From: a bacterium
GTDB taxonomy: Bacteria; Zhuqueibacterota; Zhuqueibacteria; Oceanimicrobiales; Oceanimicrobiaceae
Length of the DNA: 26,836 nt
Reading direction: 5' to 3'
NCBI GenBank assembly: GCA_037446635.1
Contig: JBBIIG010000012.1
Location: 63,401-90,236 of the forward strand
In this document: positions 16,686-24,835 of the stretch, piece by piece
How positions within the stretch are numbered: position 1 is the first letter of the stretch
Layout of the letters: each line of letters opens with the position of its first letter
Translations under genes and position numbers: made by a program
The notes under the pieces: model-generated
Databases searched by the model: none
Told to the model about the DNA's origin: nothing
What the model saw: the letters and a program-made list of their open reading frames with translations, nothing else

Positions 16686-19600
16686 TTATTTAACCATAAC
16701 CATGCGTTTCACTTGACGAAAATCACCCGCCGTCAATTGATAAAAGTACATACCTGCTGCCACCGGCTGACCGCGATGGTCGCGACCGTCCCACTGTGCT
16801 TCGTAGTGGCCTGCCAGATGCTCTTTTTCCACCAGAGTTGCGATTTCCTGACCACGTAAATTAAAGATGCGCAGCGTCACTAAACTGGATTTTGGAATGG
16901 CGTAGCGAATCACTGTGCTGGGATTAAAGGGATTGGGATAATTTTGTTCGAGGCCGAATTCTTGTGGAATTTCCACCAGCGTTCCGAGATTGTCCAAAGT
17001 TCCTTTGGTTAAAGCAGGGGCTTTTTCTAAGTAATGTACGTGCGTCAAAACCGGTATCAGGTTGGGACGTGTTTTGTTCAACCCCGCCACTTCAAACTCC
17101 AATCGCACCGGTTGCCCTTTTAGCGTTTGTAGGCCCACACTTTTTCGCATGGCTAAAATTGGGGTCTGGTCAAGATTCGGCAGGTCTATTGTTTGAGTCA
17201 AGGCTGGTACTTGTTCGGCCTTAATTTTCAGACGTGGAACGAGCGCTGCATTACGCGATTCTTTAAGCGAAGCCGCATTTTGGGAATGAATTTTAACGTC
17301 TAAGATCAGGCTGTCGGCCTCCAGGGGTAGAGTGCCGCTTTGCGTGCTGAGATAGCCTGCTAAATTATCGAGCGAGAGATTAAGCAGCGTGTCATTGGTG
17401 ACCACAAAAGGAAGTTCGTACAAATCGCCGTTGGTGCTCTTCACTTTCGGGATTTCCAGTTCCACCAGAAAGCCGGCGCCGGTTAACGTATCGCTGATGG
17501 AAATGCGGCGGGCATAGGTTTCGGATAAAGACCCCTCGCCTTCCGCTACTTTCTGAAAAGCCGGACCGCTTTGAATATTCAGCGCATAAGGGAAAGTGGA
17601 GCCATTGCGAAAGATATACTTAGCCTTGGAGGGCGTATACGCGCCACCGCTGGTGGAAATTTGCGGATCAACTCCGCTCCCTAAATTAGATGCTCCGGAC
17701 CAACTATTGGTGCTGTAAGTATACTTGGCTTGATAAACATCAACCCCGTTGCTCCAAACTAATACCAGATTTTGAGAACTTAAGGTTGTAATAGTCGGTT
17801 TCTGAAAATTGCTTCCGACAAATTCCTGCATGGCCGACCATTGCCCGGTATAGTAAGATTTCCGTTGATAGCAAACTGCGTCGATAGGACCCTGACCGAG
17901 GTTTTGATCTAACTCCCAGACGACATCCAGCAATTGAATAAAATCGATGCTCACCTGGCCGTTGATTACCGATAAATAGGAGGGGTCGCTGCTTCCTTGT
18001 ACTAACTCCTCACTGTCCCAATAATCAAACCAGCCTTCCGGATCTGGAGGCGACGGAAAATTGGTGATATAGCGCCGGGTATACATTTTCAAACCCGTGT
18101 CGGAAATAACATTTATGCGATTGGCGCTTGCAGTTAGGCCCCAGGGCTGCGTCACACTCGGTCGAAAACGGCCGGAAGCATTCAGCGTTTGTTCAGTTGA
18201 CCAAGTGCTGCCTTCATTGGTAGAGGTTTTGTAGCGTAATGAGTTGCTGCTGGAGATATACATAACCAGAAGCTTGTTGAAGGCGCCATTGGCGTCGCTG
18301 GAGCGTTTGATGGTGATGACTGGCTGCGGTTTGGTGCCGCTTGGGGGTGACACGGTGGCAACCAGCACCGGAGAACTCCATGAAGTGGTTCTTCTGGAGA
18401 AATAAATCTCGTAGGAGCCGTTGCCCAGATCGCGCTGCCAACAGGCATAAAGATAACCGTTATTTTGATTAATGGCAATAGCCGGAAACCCTTTGCCCTT
18501 GATGCTGCCGGCACTGACGAGCTCCTCCACCGACCAGGTGCTACCCTCATCGGTGCTTTTGGTATACCAGATTTCGCCGTTGGATTCGTAAATCAGATGA
18601 TACTGCGTACCAGTTTGGTTAGTCACCAGTTTGCGCTGGCTGTTGGCAGAAAGCGCCGACACCACGTTAGAAGTACGATGCCCTTTTTGATCAATGAAAA
18701 CATCGCCGCGGGGGCTGCCTGCGGCGCCGTTGCGGAAGTCCATCCACGCTGCGGTAGGCGCCGGGTTTGCGCCGGGCGCAATCGCACCGATGTAATCGGT
18801 GACATTTTTGCCGTTCTGAGCATTGGAACTCACCGTGCTGTGGGGATAACTGACGCCATAGTTGGTGCCATTATCGGCAGAAGATTGGCTGAAGAGATGA
18901 GCGTTTGAGGAAATATCAAAATTGTAAAAACTAATGAAAACTTTACCCGAATTGTTAATGGTTACAAACGGCGACCACTGCTCAGTACTTGAAATGGGAG
19001 GGGATAGGGTTTTTTCAGTTGTCCAACTGCTACCATCCGTAGACCGTTTGGTATGAATCCGCAAGGTAGTGCCATTTTCCCACTCGCACCAGGCTAGATG
19101 AATATACCCACCTGTAACGGGATTAACGGCAATGCTGGGAAAACTGTTATAGCGAAAGCTGCCAATTCGAGTTCTATCGAAGGCAGAATTGAAATTAGAT
19201 TTGATCGCGATCTCAGATTGGAATGTCACGCCGCCGTCGTTTGACTTCCTGACGAATATTGTTGAGTTATCATTTCTGACCACTGTACTCTTGAGCCAAT
19301 CTTCCACCCAGACAACGTATAGTGGTTGGTTGGTTCCTGTAGGCTTGACCGCCATCGCCACGCCATGATTGCGTGGCACAAAATTGGAAGCATCCGGTGC
19401 ACCGGTCCTTAATCTCTGTCTATTGGAGGAAGGAAAAGAAGCTCCGCCATCGGTCGAATAGGAAAACCACAGTTCGCCAACTCCGTTGCTTTTCCGTATC
19501 GTCCAGGCCACGTAAATGCGATTGGGTGTGCGGCTGCGGTCGACGATCATCCACGGTTTATCATCATGGTCGCCATTCGGTTCATGCACTGTAACCGGCG

Positions 19601-20009
19601 TGCCCCAACTCTGGCCGTTATTTGTGGATTTAGCAACATAAATGGCGCCTTCAATGGGATTTAACGCAGCGTCTACATTAAATGCAGTAAAGCAAAAATA
19701 GACATTCCCATTAGCATCATAATCAACCGTGGGATCAGCTGAATCTGTTTTGCCACTAGGCAGGGGTAATGTAACAGTCAACCAATCCGATGAGGTGTGT
19801 CCGCCATTCAACGTGCGATGAGAGGCACTACGGGGAATGGTTCCAGCATAATCGTTGGAACCCGCAACTATAATCTTAGGATCAGTAGGTTTATAGGTAA
19901 TCGCGGTCTCGCCTTTAAACGACGCCACAAACACCTCCTGCGCCTGTGCCTCAAGGAAGCTCAGTGAGATGTTGAAAATAATGACGGTCAAAATAAGAAA
20001 TCTTGCCAT
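16686..20009 (-). CDS. Large secreted Asp-box (BNR) beta-propeller protein with FlgD-Ig/T9SS type A-like C-terminal domain
   Basis: Signal peptide. Seven Asp-box-like motifs (STNNGQSW, STDGGASF, SNDGGVTF, STDGSSW, SADNGTNY, STDEGSTW, STNEGSTW). C-terminal LEQNYPNPFNPST...WDGRD...AGMYFYQL...KRMVMVK. Confidence 0.88.
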   Translation of the reverse strand: MARFLILTVIIFNISLSFLEAQAQEVFVASFKGETAITYKPTDPKIIVAGSNDYAGTIPRSASHRTLNGGHTSSDWLTVTLPLPSGKTDSADPTVDYDANGNVYFCFTAFNVDAALNPIEGAIYVAKSTNNGQSWGTPVTVHEPNGDHDDKPWMIVDRSRTPNRIYVAWTIRKSNGVGELWFSYSTDGGASFPSSNRQRLRTGAPDASNFVPRNHGVAMAVKPTGTNQPLYVVWVEDWLKSTVVRNDNSTIFVRKSNDGGVTFQSEIAIKSNFNSAFDRTRIGSFRYNSFPSIAVNPVTGGYIHLAWCEWENGTTLRIHTKRSTDGSSWTTEKTLSPPISSTEQWSPFVTINNSGKVFISFYNFDISSNAHLFSQSSADNGTNYGVSYPHSTVSSNAQNGKNVTDYIGAIAPGANPAPTAAWMDFRNGAAGSPRGDVFIDQKGHRTSNVVSALSANSQRKLVTNQTGTQYHLIYESNGEIWYTKSTDEGSTWSVEELVSAGSIKGKGFPAIAINQNNGYLYACWQRDLGNGSYEIYFSRRTTSWSSPVLVATVSPPSGTKPQPVITIKRSSDANGAFNKLLVMYISSSNSLRYKTSTNEGSTWSTEQTLNASGRFRPSVTQPWGLTASANRINVISDTGLKMYTRRYITNFPSPPDPEGWFDYWDSEELVQGSSDPSYLSVINGQVSIDFIQLLDVVWELDQNLGQGPIDAVCYQRKSYYTGQWSAMQEFVGSNFQKPTITTLSSQNLVLVWSNGVDVYQAKYTYSTNSWSGASNLGSGVDPQISTSGGAYTPSKAKYIFRNGSTFPYALNIQSGPAFQKVAEGEGSLSETYARRISISDTLTGAGFLVELEIPKVKSTNGDLYELPFVVTNDTLLNLSLDNLAGYLSTQSGTLPLEADSLILDVKIHSQNAASLKESRNAALVPRLKIKAEQVPALTQTIDLPNLDQTPILAMRKSVGLQTLKGQPVRLEFEVAGLNKTRPNLIPVLTHVHYLEKAPALTKGTLDNLGTLVEIPQEFGLEQNYPNPFNPSTVIRYAIPKSSLVTLRIFNLRGQEIATLVEKEHLAGHYEAQWDGRDHRGQPVAAGMYFYQLTAGDFRQVKRMVMVK

Positions 20010-20048
20010 GGTAACACCCTCCTTTCCAAATAGAATAATAGAATATTT

Positions 20049-20942
20049 TTATTCAAGTTTGACTTCTACCAAGGTGGGTTCACACACCTTAAAATACCAA
20101 TGTCTCACCTTGCCATAATGAGGATACCAGGAAGCTCGGGGCCAGTTCTGACCATAAACGTAAAGGTAATAGGTGCCGGTTTCAGGACTTTTATTTCGTC
20201 GTCGATCATAAAAATTAATGAGGAGACGCGTGACGCCCGTGCGATGATGCTGGCAAGCTGGCAGGCAACCCGAAGCGGTTTCATTGGGATCGAAGGCCGA
20301 AAACCAATTATACACCTCCTCCTTAGGTACGATAATCTGGGCATAATCAGTCGGTACGGCTACGGCCCCTGGTTTAGGCGACACCTCAGGACCATCACAA
20401 GGGAAAATCCAAATGGTGGAATCACAGTTAAGGTTGGTCATAATTATTTGGAAAAACATCTCGCTCTGCAGTGAATGGTAAACGGTGGAATCTGGAAAAA
20501 TCTCCATCTTTAACAACCTCTGCGAGTGCAGGTCGGGTAGGCCACCGATAACTTGCCCATTCTTCACCTCTACCCGTACGGAATCAGTACGATAATAGGG
20601 ATATTGGGAAAGAATGGTATATGTACCATCATATCTAAGCCTGGTGGAGATGTAAACCCCGCTACTATCCGTATATACCGTATCATACGAGGCCGTATCA
20701 CCAGGCAGGTAAGAGATAATCTGAATGTCATAGTGCAACGGTAAATTCAGGGCGTTCACCGGTTTGGGCTGGCCGTCCAAAAACGCCTGGCCCTGAAAGG
20801 TTACCAAGTGCGGTTCTGGCGGTGGTGGCGGTGTTACGGTTTTATCCCCCTTACAGCTTATTAGTGCCCCCATAAGGAATATAGATAAAATTTTGGTGGA
20901 CTGCATCATAACTTTTCTAGCTTCGTTTGATTTCAATTTCAC
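20049..20942 (-). CDS. Predicted lipoprotein, unknown function (start GTG 20942 or ATG 20909)
   Basis: KILSIFLMGALIS-C lipobox, Pro-rich linker TPPPPPEP, then a segment resembling a carboxypeptidase-regulatory-like beta sandwich (TDSSGVY...GTYTI). AT-richer. Confidence 0.75.
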   Translation of the reverse strand: MKLKSNEARKVMMQSTKILSIFLMGALISCKGDKTVTPPPPPEPHLVTFQGQAFLDGQPKPVNALNLPLHYDIQIISYLPGDTASYDTVYTDSSGVYISTRLRYDGTYTILSQYPYYRTDSVRVEVKNGQVIGGLPDLHSQRLLKMEIFPDSTVYHSLQSEMFFQIIMTNLNCDSTIWIFPCDGPEVSPKPGAVAVPTDYAQIIVPKEEVYNWFSAFDPNETASGCLPACQHHRTGVTRLLINFYDRRRNKSPETGTYYLYVYGQNWPRASWYPHYGKVRHWYFKVCEPTLVEVKLE

Positions 20943-21625
20943 ACTCTATCCAACTCCACCTCGCTCAGCCGTTCTCGTTTTTTGCCGTTTTCCGTCGCCC
21001 ACACGTGGTAAATCCGCTGCACCGCTGTCACATTCGCGAAAACCGCAATCAGTCCAATAGCGAAAACCAGAGTGGGGTGATCAAACTGCCAAATTTTGAT
21101 GAAGGAAAGAATGGCCCCAAAGCCAATATACACGATGCGCTCCGGGCGCTGCATGATGCCCACTTTGCACTGAAAGCCCAGCGCCTCGGCGCGCGCGCGC
21201 ACGTAGCTCACCATCATCGAGCCGCCTAATGCAAACGACACCGCCACGGAGGTCAGAAACATATCTTCTTTCACAAAATAAAACGCCAGCCCAAAAAACA
21301 TGATCACCTCGGCGTAGCGATCGAGGGTGGAGTCGTACAGCGCGCCGAATTTGGTGACGCGGTTGGTGGCGCGGGCGACTTTGCAATCGATAATATCAAA
21401 GGTGCCGGCCAACAGCACAATCACGCCGCCGATCACCAGTTGCCCCACCGCAAACAAAACCGCCGCCCCGATGGTGAGGATGAAGCCGATGGTGGTAAAA
21501 AAATTCGGGTTCAATTCCAGGCGGATAAAAAAATCCACCGCCGGCTTAATCAAGTTGAGATACCAGTTTTTGATGCCCTCCGGCAGAATATTAATTTTCC
21601 ATTTAAAGATGTTGAGTGTGGGCAC
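20939..21625 (-). CDS. CDP-alcohol phosphatidyltransferase, probable phosphatidylinositol(-phosphate) synthase
   Basis: PNFFT, signature DIID[C]KVAR...GALYDSTLDR, SMMVSYVRARAE, GIMQRPER, TAVQRI. Lies upstream of ino1. Confidence 0.88.
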   Translation of the reverse strand: MPTLNIFKWKINILPEGIKNWYLNLIKPAVDFFIRLELNPNFFTTIGFILTIGAAVLFAVGQLVIGGVIVLLAGTFDIIDCKVARATNRVTKFGALYDSTLDRYAEVIMFFGLAFYFVKEDMFLTSVAVSFALGGSMMVSYVRARAEALGFQCKVGIMQRPERIVYIGFGAILSFIKIWQFDHPTLVFAIGLIAVFANVTAVQRIYHVWATENGKKRERLSEVELDRV

Positions 21626-21637
21626 GTTTCTCTCCTC

Positions 21638-22369
21638 CTATTTTCCTTTCCCGGCTACTACGATGACGAATTCGCCTTTCAGCGTGATAGTTGATAGTTT
21701 CGACAGCAGCTCGCTCAGGGTCCCACGATAAACCGTTTGGAATTTCTTGGTGACTTCTTTGACCAGCGCGGCGCGGCGGTCGCCAAACGCCTCCGCCAAA
21801 TCTGCCAGCGTCCTCTGCAGACGATGAGGCGATTCATAGAAAATGAGCGTGCGGGGGTCATCCTTGAGCGAAGCAATGCGTGTTTTTCGCCCCTTCTTTC
21901 TGGGAAGAAAGCCTTCGAAGACGAAACGATCGGTGGGCAGGCTGGACAAATTCAAAGCCGGCACAAACGCGGCGACCCCTGGGATAACATCAACCGCCAG
22001 ATTGTTTTCAACGCACGCGGCGATGAGCTCGTAGCCCGGGTCAGAAATTCCCGGCGTGCCCGCGTCCGCCACCAGCGCAATTCTCTCACCCGCTTTTAGT
22101 CGATTGATCAGCTCAGGTATTTTTTTCTCTTTGTTGAAATCGAAATAGCTGGTGGTCGGGGTTGTCAGATTATAATGGGTCAATAGAATTCGAGTACGAC
22201 GCGTATCTTCGGCTGCAATCAAATCAACTTTTGACAAAACATCGATGGCGCGAAAGGTGATGTCCTTCAAATTGCCAATGGGGGTACTGACGATGTACAG
22301 GGTGCCAGCGGGTAAGTCATCTTCCTCGTCCTTCAAAGTCTGAATTTTGTTTTCGTACTGGCGGCTCAT
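21638..22369 (-). CDS. rsmI: 16S rRNA (cytidine1402-2'-O)-methyltransferase
   Basis: GTLYIVSTPIGNLKDIT.RA, AAEDTR, DAGTPGISDPG, FEGFLPRK, FYESPHRL, KGEFVIVV. Confidence 0.96.
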   Translation of the reverse strand: MSRQYENKIQTLKDEEDDLPAGTLYIVSTPIGNLKDITFRAIDVLSKVDLIAAEDTRRTRILLTHYNLTTPTTSYFDFNKEKKIPELINRLKAGERIALVADAGTPGISDPGYELIAACVENNLAVDVIPGVAAFVPALNLSSLPTDRFVFEGFLPRKKGRKTRIASLKDDPRTLIFYESPHRLQRTLADLAEAFGDRRAALVKEVTKKFQTVYRGTLSELLSKLSTITLKGEFVIVVAGKGK

Positions 22370-22373
22370 TCAT

Positions 22374-22727
22374 TTATTTTGCCTCGCGCAGGCTTTCCTC
22401 TATCAAAAGTTGCACTTCTTCATTAAGTGAGCGTTTGCTTCTTTTAGCACGGTTGATAAGCCTCGCGCGAAGATCGGGCTTCAGGCGAATCGACAATTTC
22501 TCCGCTGTTCCCATTACCTGACGGGCTTTGCGCACCGCCTCCATATTGAAAATTTGCTCACCGCACAAATCGCATTCTTCAACTTCAAGATCCGGAACTA
22601 CAAACTCCCTTCCATGTTCATCCTTGATTTTGTAATCCAGTTTTATGATATGCGTCGTACCTTGTCCACACATTGGACAGCGCTCACCGTTTTTTTGATG
22701 CTGTGTCATAACTGGCACTTTTGCCAT
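22374..22727 (-). CDS. YgiT/MqsA-type zinc-ribbon protein with C-terminal Arc-like ribbon-helix-helix domain
   Basis: CPMCG...VVPDLEVEECDLCGEQIF zinc ribbon. KLSIRLKPDLRARLINRAKRSKRSLNEEVQLLIEESL fits the Arc/RHH pattern. Confidence 0.8.
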   Translation of the reverse strand: MAKVPVMTQHQKNGERCPMCGQGTTHIIKLDYKIKDEHGREFVVPDLEVEECDLCGEQIFNMEAVRKARQVMGTAEKLSIRLKPDLRARLINRAKRSKRSLNEEVQLLIEESLREAK

Positions 22728-22777
22728 CGAGGCTTTCTTTCAAAAAATGTTTGGCCGGTGAGATAATAATCTTCTCT

Positions 22778-24160
22778 TTAATATTCGAACTTGCCGCCAT
22801 CTTCATGAGTCGCCGGCGATTTTTTCCCGCCGCTCAAAACCTGCTTGAGACTTGTGCGGATGATCTCCATCGCCTCATCGATCACCTCGCGGGTGATATT
22901 CAGCGCCGGACGAAAGCGCACCGAACGCGGTCCGCAGCTCAACGCAATCAAGCCGTTTTTGAAAAGCGTGTTCAGCAATTCTGTGCGGATTTTTTCATCC
23001 GGCAAGTCGAACGCCACCATGAAACCGCGTCCGCGCACCTGGGAAACGCTTCCCTCAAATTCGCCCTCTAATTTTTTCAATTCGCCCAAAAAATATTCGC
23101 CCAGAACCCGAGCGTTGTCCACCAAATTCTCATTGACGATGATTTCGAGATATTTGTGGAAGCGCACCATGTCCATCAAATTACCGCCCCAGGTGGAGTT
23201 GATGCGGCTGGCCTCGTGGAAAACATTGTCTTCGACTTCATCGATACGGCGGCTGCAGAGGAAACCGCACACTTGAGTTTTTTTGCCGAACGACATCAGG
23301 TCCGGCTCGACGCCGAAATGCTGGTGGCACCACATTTTGCCGGTCAGTCCCACGCCGGTTTGCACCTCGTCGAAAATCAGCATGATGTCGTTTTCGTCGG
23401 CCAGTGTCCGCAGTTGCCGCAAGAATTCGGCGCGGAAGTGGTTATCGCCGCCTTCACCCTGAATTGGCTCGATGATCATCGCGGCGATGTCGTCGCCGTG
23501 GGTGTGAAGGGCGTCTTGGATTTCCTGCACCGCCTGCCGTTCCAACGCCTCCACTTTCGCGAGATTTTCTTCGTTCAACGGAAACGTGATTTTGGGGTTG
23601 GTGATGCGCGGCCAGTTGAATTTGGGGAAGTATTTAATCTTGCGGGGATCGGCGGTGTTGGTGAGCGACAGCGTGTAGCCGCTGCGGCCGTGAAACGCCT
23701 GTTTGAAATGAATGACCTGATGGCCTTTTTCTTCCTTTAGTCCTTTTTTGAAATTTTTGCGCACCTTCCAATCGAACGCGGCTTTGAGCGCGTTTTCCAC
23801 GGCCAGCGCGCCGCCGTCGATCAGGAACATATAGGGCAAGCCCGGCGGAATGGCATGGCGCTCAAACGCTTGCACAAACTCCGCCATCTCGATGGTGTAG
23901 AAATCGGAATTCGACGGCTTCATAATGGCGACGTTCAAAACTTTTTCTTTGAATTCCTCGGAGCGCATTTCGGGATGATTGTGACCGATGGGTGCGGTGG
24001 CAAAGAAGCTGAAAAAGTCGAGATAGCGGCGCTGGTGCAGGGCGTCGTAAATGTAGCTACCCTCGCTTTTGCGCAGATCGATGACTAACTCTTTGAAGCC
24101 ATCGACGAGGATGTGCTTTTTGAGGATGGGGTAAACTTGGTCGGGGGTGAGTCGAGACAT
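22778..24160 (-). CDS. lat: L-lysine 6-transaminase (class III PLP aminotransferase)
   Basis: KHILVDG, YLDFFSFFA, KPSNSD, GGALAVENALKAAFDWK, AFHGRSGYTLSLTNT, EPIQGEGGD, FDEVQTG, SFGKK, RINSTWGG. Confidence 0.93.
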   Translation of the reverse strand: MSRLTPDQVYPILKKHILVDGFKELVIDLRKSEGSYIYDALHQRRYLDFFSFFATAPIGHNHPEMRSEEFKEKVLNVAIMKPSNSDFYTIEMAEFVQAFERHAIPPGLPYMFLIDGGALAVENALKAAFDWKVRKNFKKGLKEEKGHQVIHFKQAFHGRSGYTLSLTNTADPRKIKYFPKFNWPRITNPKITFPLNEENLAKVEALERQAVQEIQDALHTHGDDIAAMIIEPIQGEGGDNHFRAEFLRQLRTLADENDIMLIFDEVQTGVGLTGKMWCHQHFGVEPDLMSFGKKTQVCGFLCSRRIDEVEDNVFHEASRINSTWGGNLMDMVRFHKYLEIIVNENLVDNARVLGEYFLGELKKLEGEFEGSVSQVRGRGFMVAFDLPDEKIRTELLNTLFKNGLIALSCGPRSVRFRPALNITREVIDEAMEIIRTSLKQVLSGGKKSPATHEDGGKFEY

Positions 24161-24183
24161 ATAAAATTCCTAACAATTTCCAT

Positions 24184-24429
24184 TCACACTTCGCTAAAAT
24201 TCAACAACTTGTTAGCATAGTTCTCGGTGGCGGTTGGCGCGGGCAAAGGCTTTCCATCTTGTTTATAAAGCTCGATGGTTTCCTCAACCATCTCGCATAA
24301 TTCAGCAAACACTTCTTTTTCATCATCGCCATGGCAGCCGCCATAAAACAAATCGGGACAGCTTCCAACAAAGCATTGATCTTCTTCCGACCAGCCAACC
24401 ATTTTGACGTATCTTGCACTCTCTTTCAT
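24184..24429 (-). CDS. hicB: HicB-like antitoxin (short form without DNA-binding domain)
   Basis: WSEEDQCFVGSCPDL..GCHGDDE.E...EL......IELY..DGKPLP HicB fold pattern. ATGA-coupled to the hicA remnant. Confidence 0.85.
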   Translation of the reverse strand: MKESARYVKMVGWSEEDQCFVGSCPDLFYGGCHGDDEKEVFAELCEMVEETIELYKQDGKPLPAPTATENYANKLLNFSEV

Positions 24430-24623
24430 TTCTTCGATTCCTTTATTGCAGCCTTAAACGGCTTTCTCCTGATAGGGTTTGGCATCATCTCCCAAATTGC
24501 CTCATATGGTAATTGGTTTCATAACTTTCGGGTGTACAAATTTCTGTGACTACCTTTTCCTCCCCGATTGACAAATCCTGCTACTTCAAGGTCTCTAATC
24601 AGTTCTCGAATTTTTCTGGGCAT
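24426..24623 (-). pseudogene. hicA: HicA mRNA-interferase toxin pseudogene
   Basis: ATG24623 gives MPRKIRELIRDLEVAGFVNRGGKGSHRN. After a 1-nt loss (~24538-24540): VHPKVMKPITI-TGA(24502-24504)-GNLGDDAKPYQEKAV. After a 1-nt gain (~24456): KAAIKESKK-TGA, overlapping the hicB ATG. KGSH is the HicA catalytic motif. Confidence 0.85.
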
Positions 24624-24632
24624 AACTTGCCC

Positions 24633-24689
24633 TTAAAAACCAAGAGCGCGCTTTTCCGTTTCGCGGTCCGGGAACGTAATAGTAACCAT
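24633..24689 (-). pseudogene. 18-codon ORF with strong SD, probable truncated gene remnant
   Basis: GAGAGGTGA-6nt-ATG, MVTITFPDRETEKRALGF-TAA, ending 9 nt before the hicA start. Confidence 0.45.
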
Positions 24690-24835
24690 TTGTTATCACC
24701 TCTCAAAAAAATCGAAGCGCTGCCATTCCCGCCAAAGCGGATCGGCTCGGCCGACACTCCAAAACTCCATTACTCCCCGTGATACCAGCAAAGATCGTTG
24801 TCGTAAAAAACAGGCCAGATTTCAAGATTTTTCAG

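Noticed and set aside
8505..20940. Shared GTTTGATTTC motif at 8505-8514 and 20925-20934, near the edges of the two cassettes, as a possible att site
   Set aside because: Only 10 bp, AT-rich, at opposite ends of the two cassettes, and with no partner copy at the other boundaries. Chance cannot be excluded.
24502..24504. In-frame TGA in hicA as selenocysteine or recoding
   Set aside because: The same gene also has two frameshifts, the position is not a Cys site, and other genes here use TGA as a stop.
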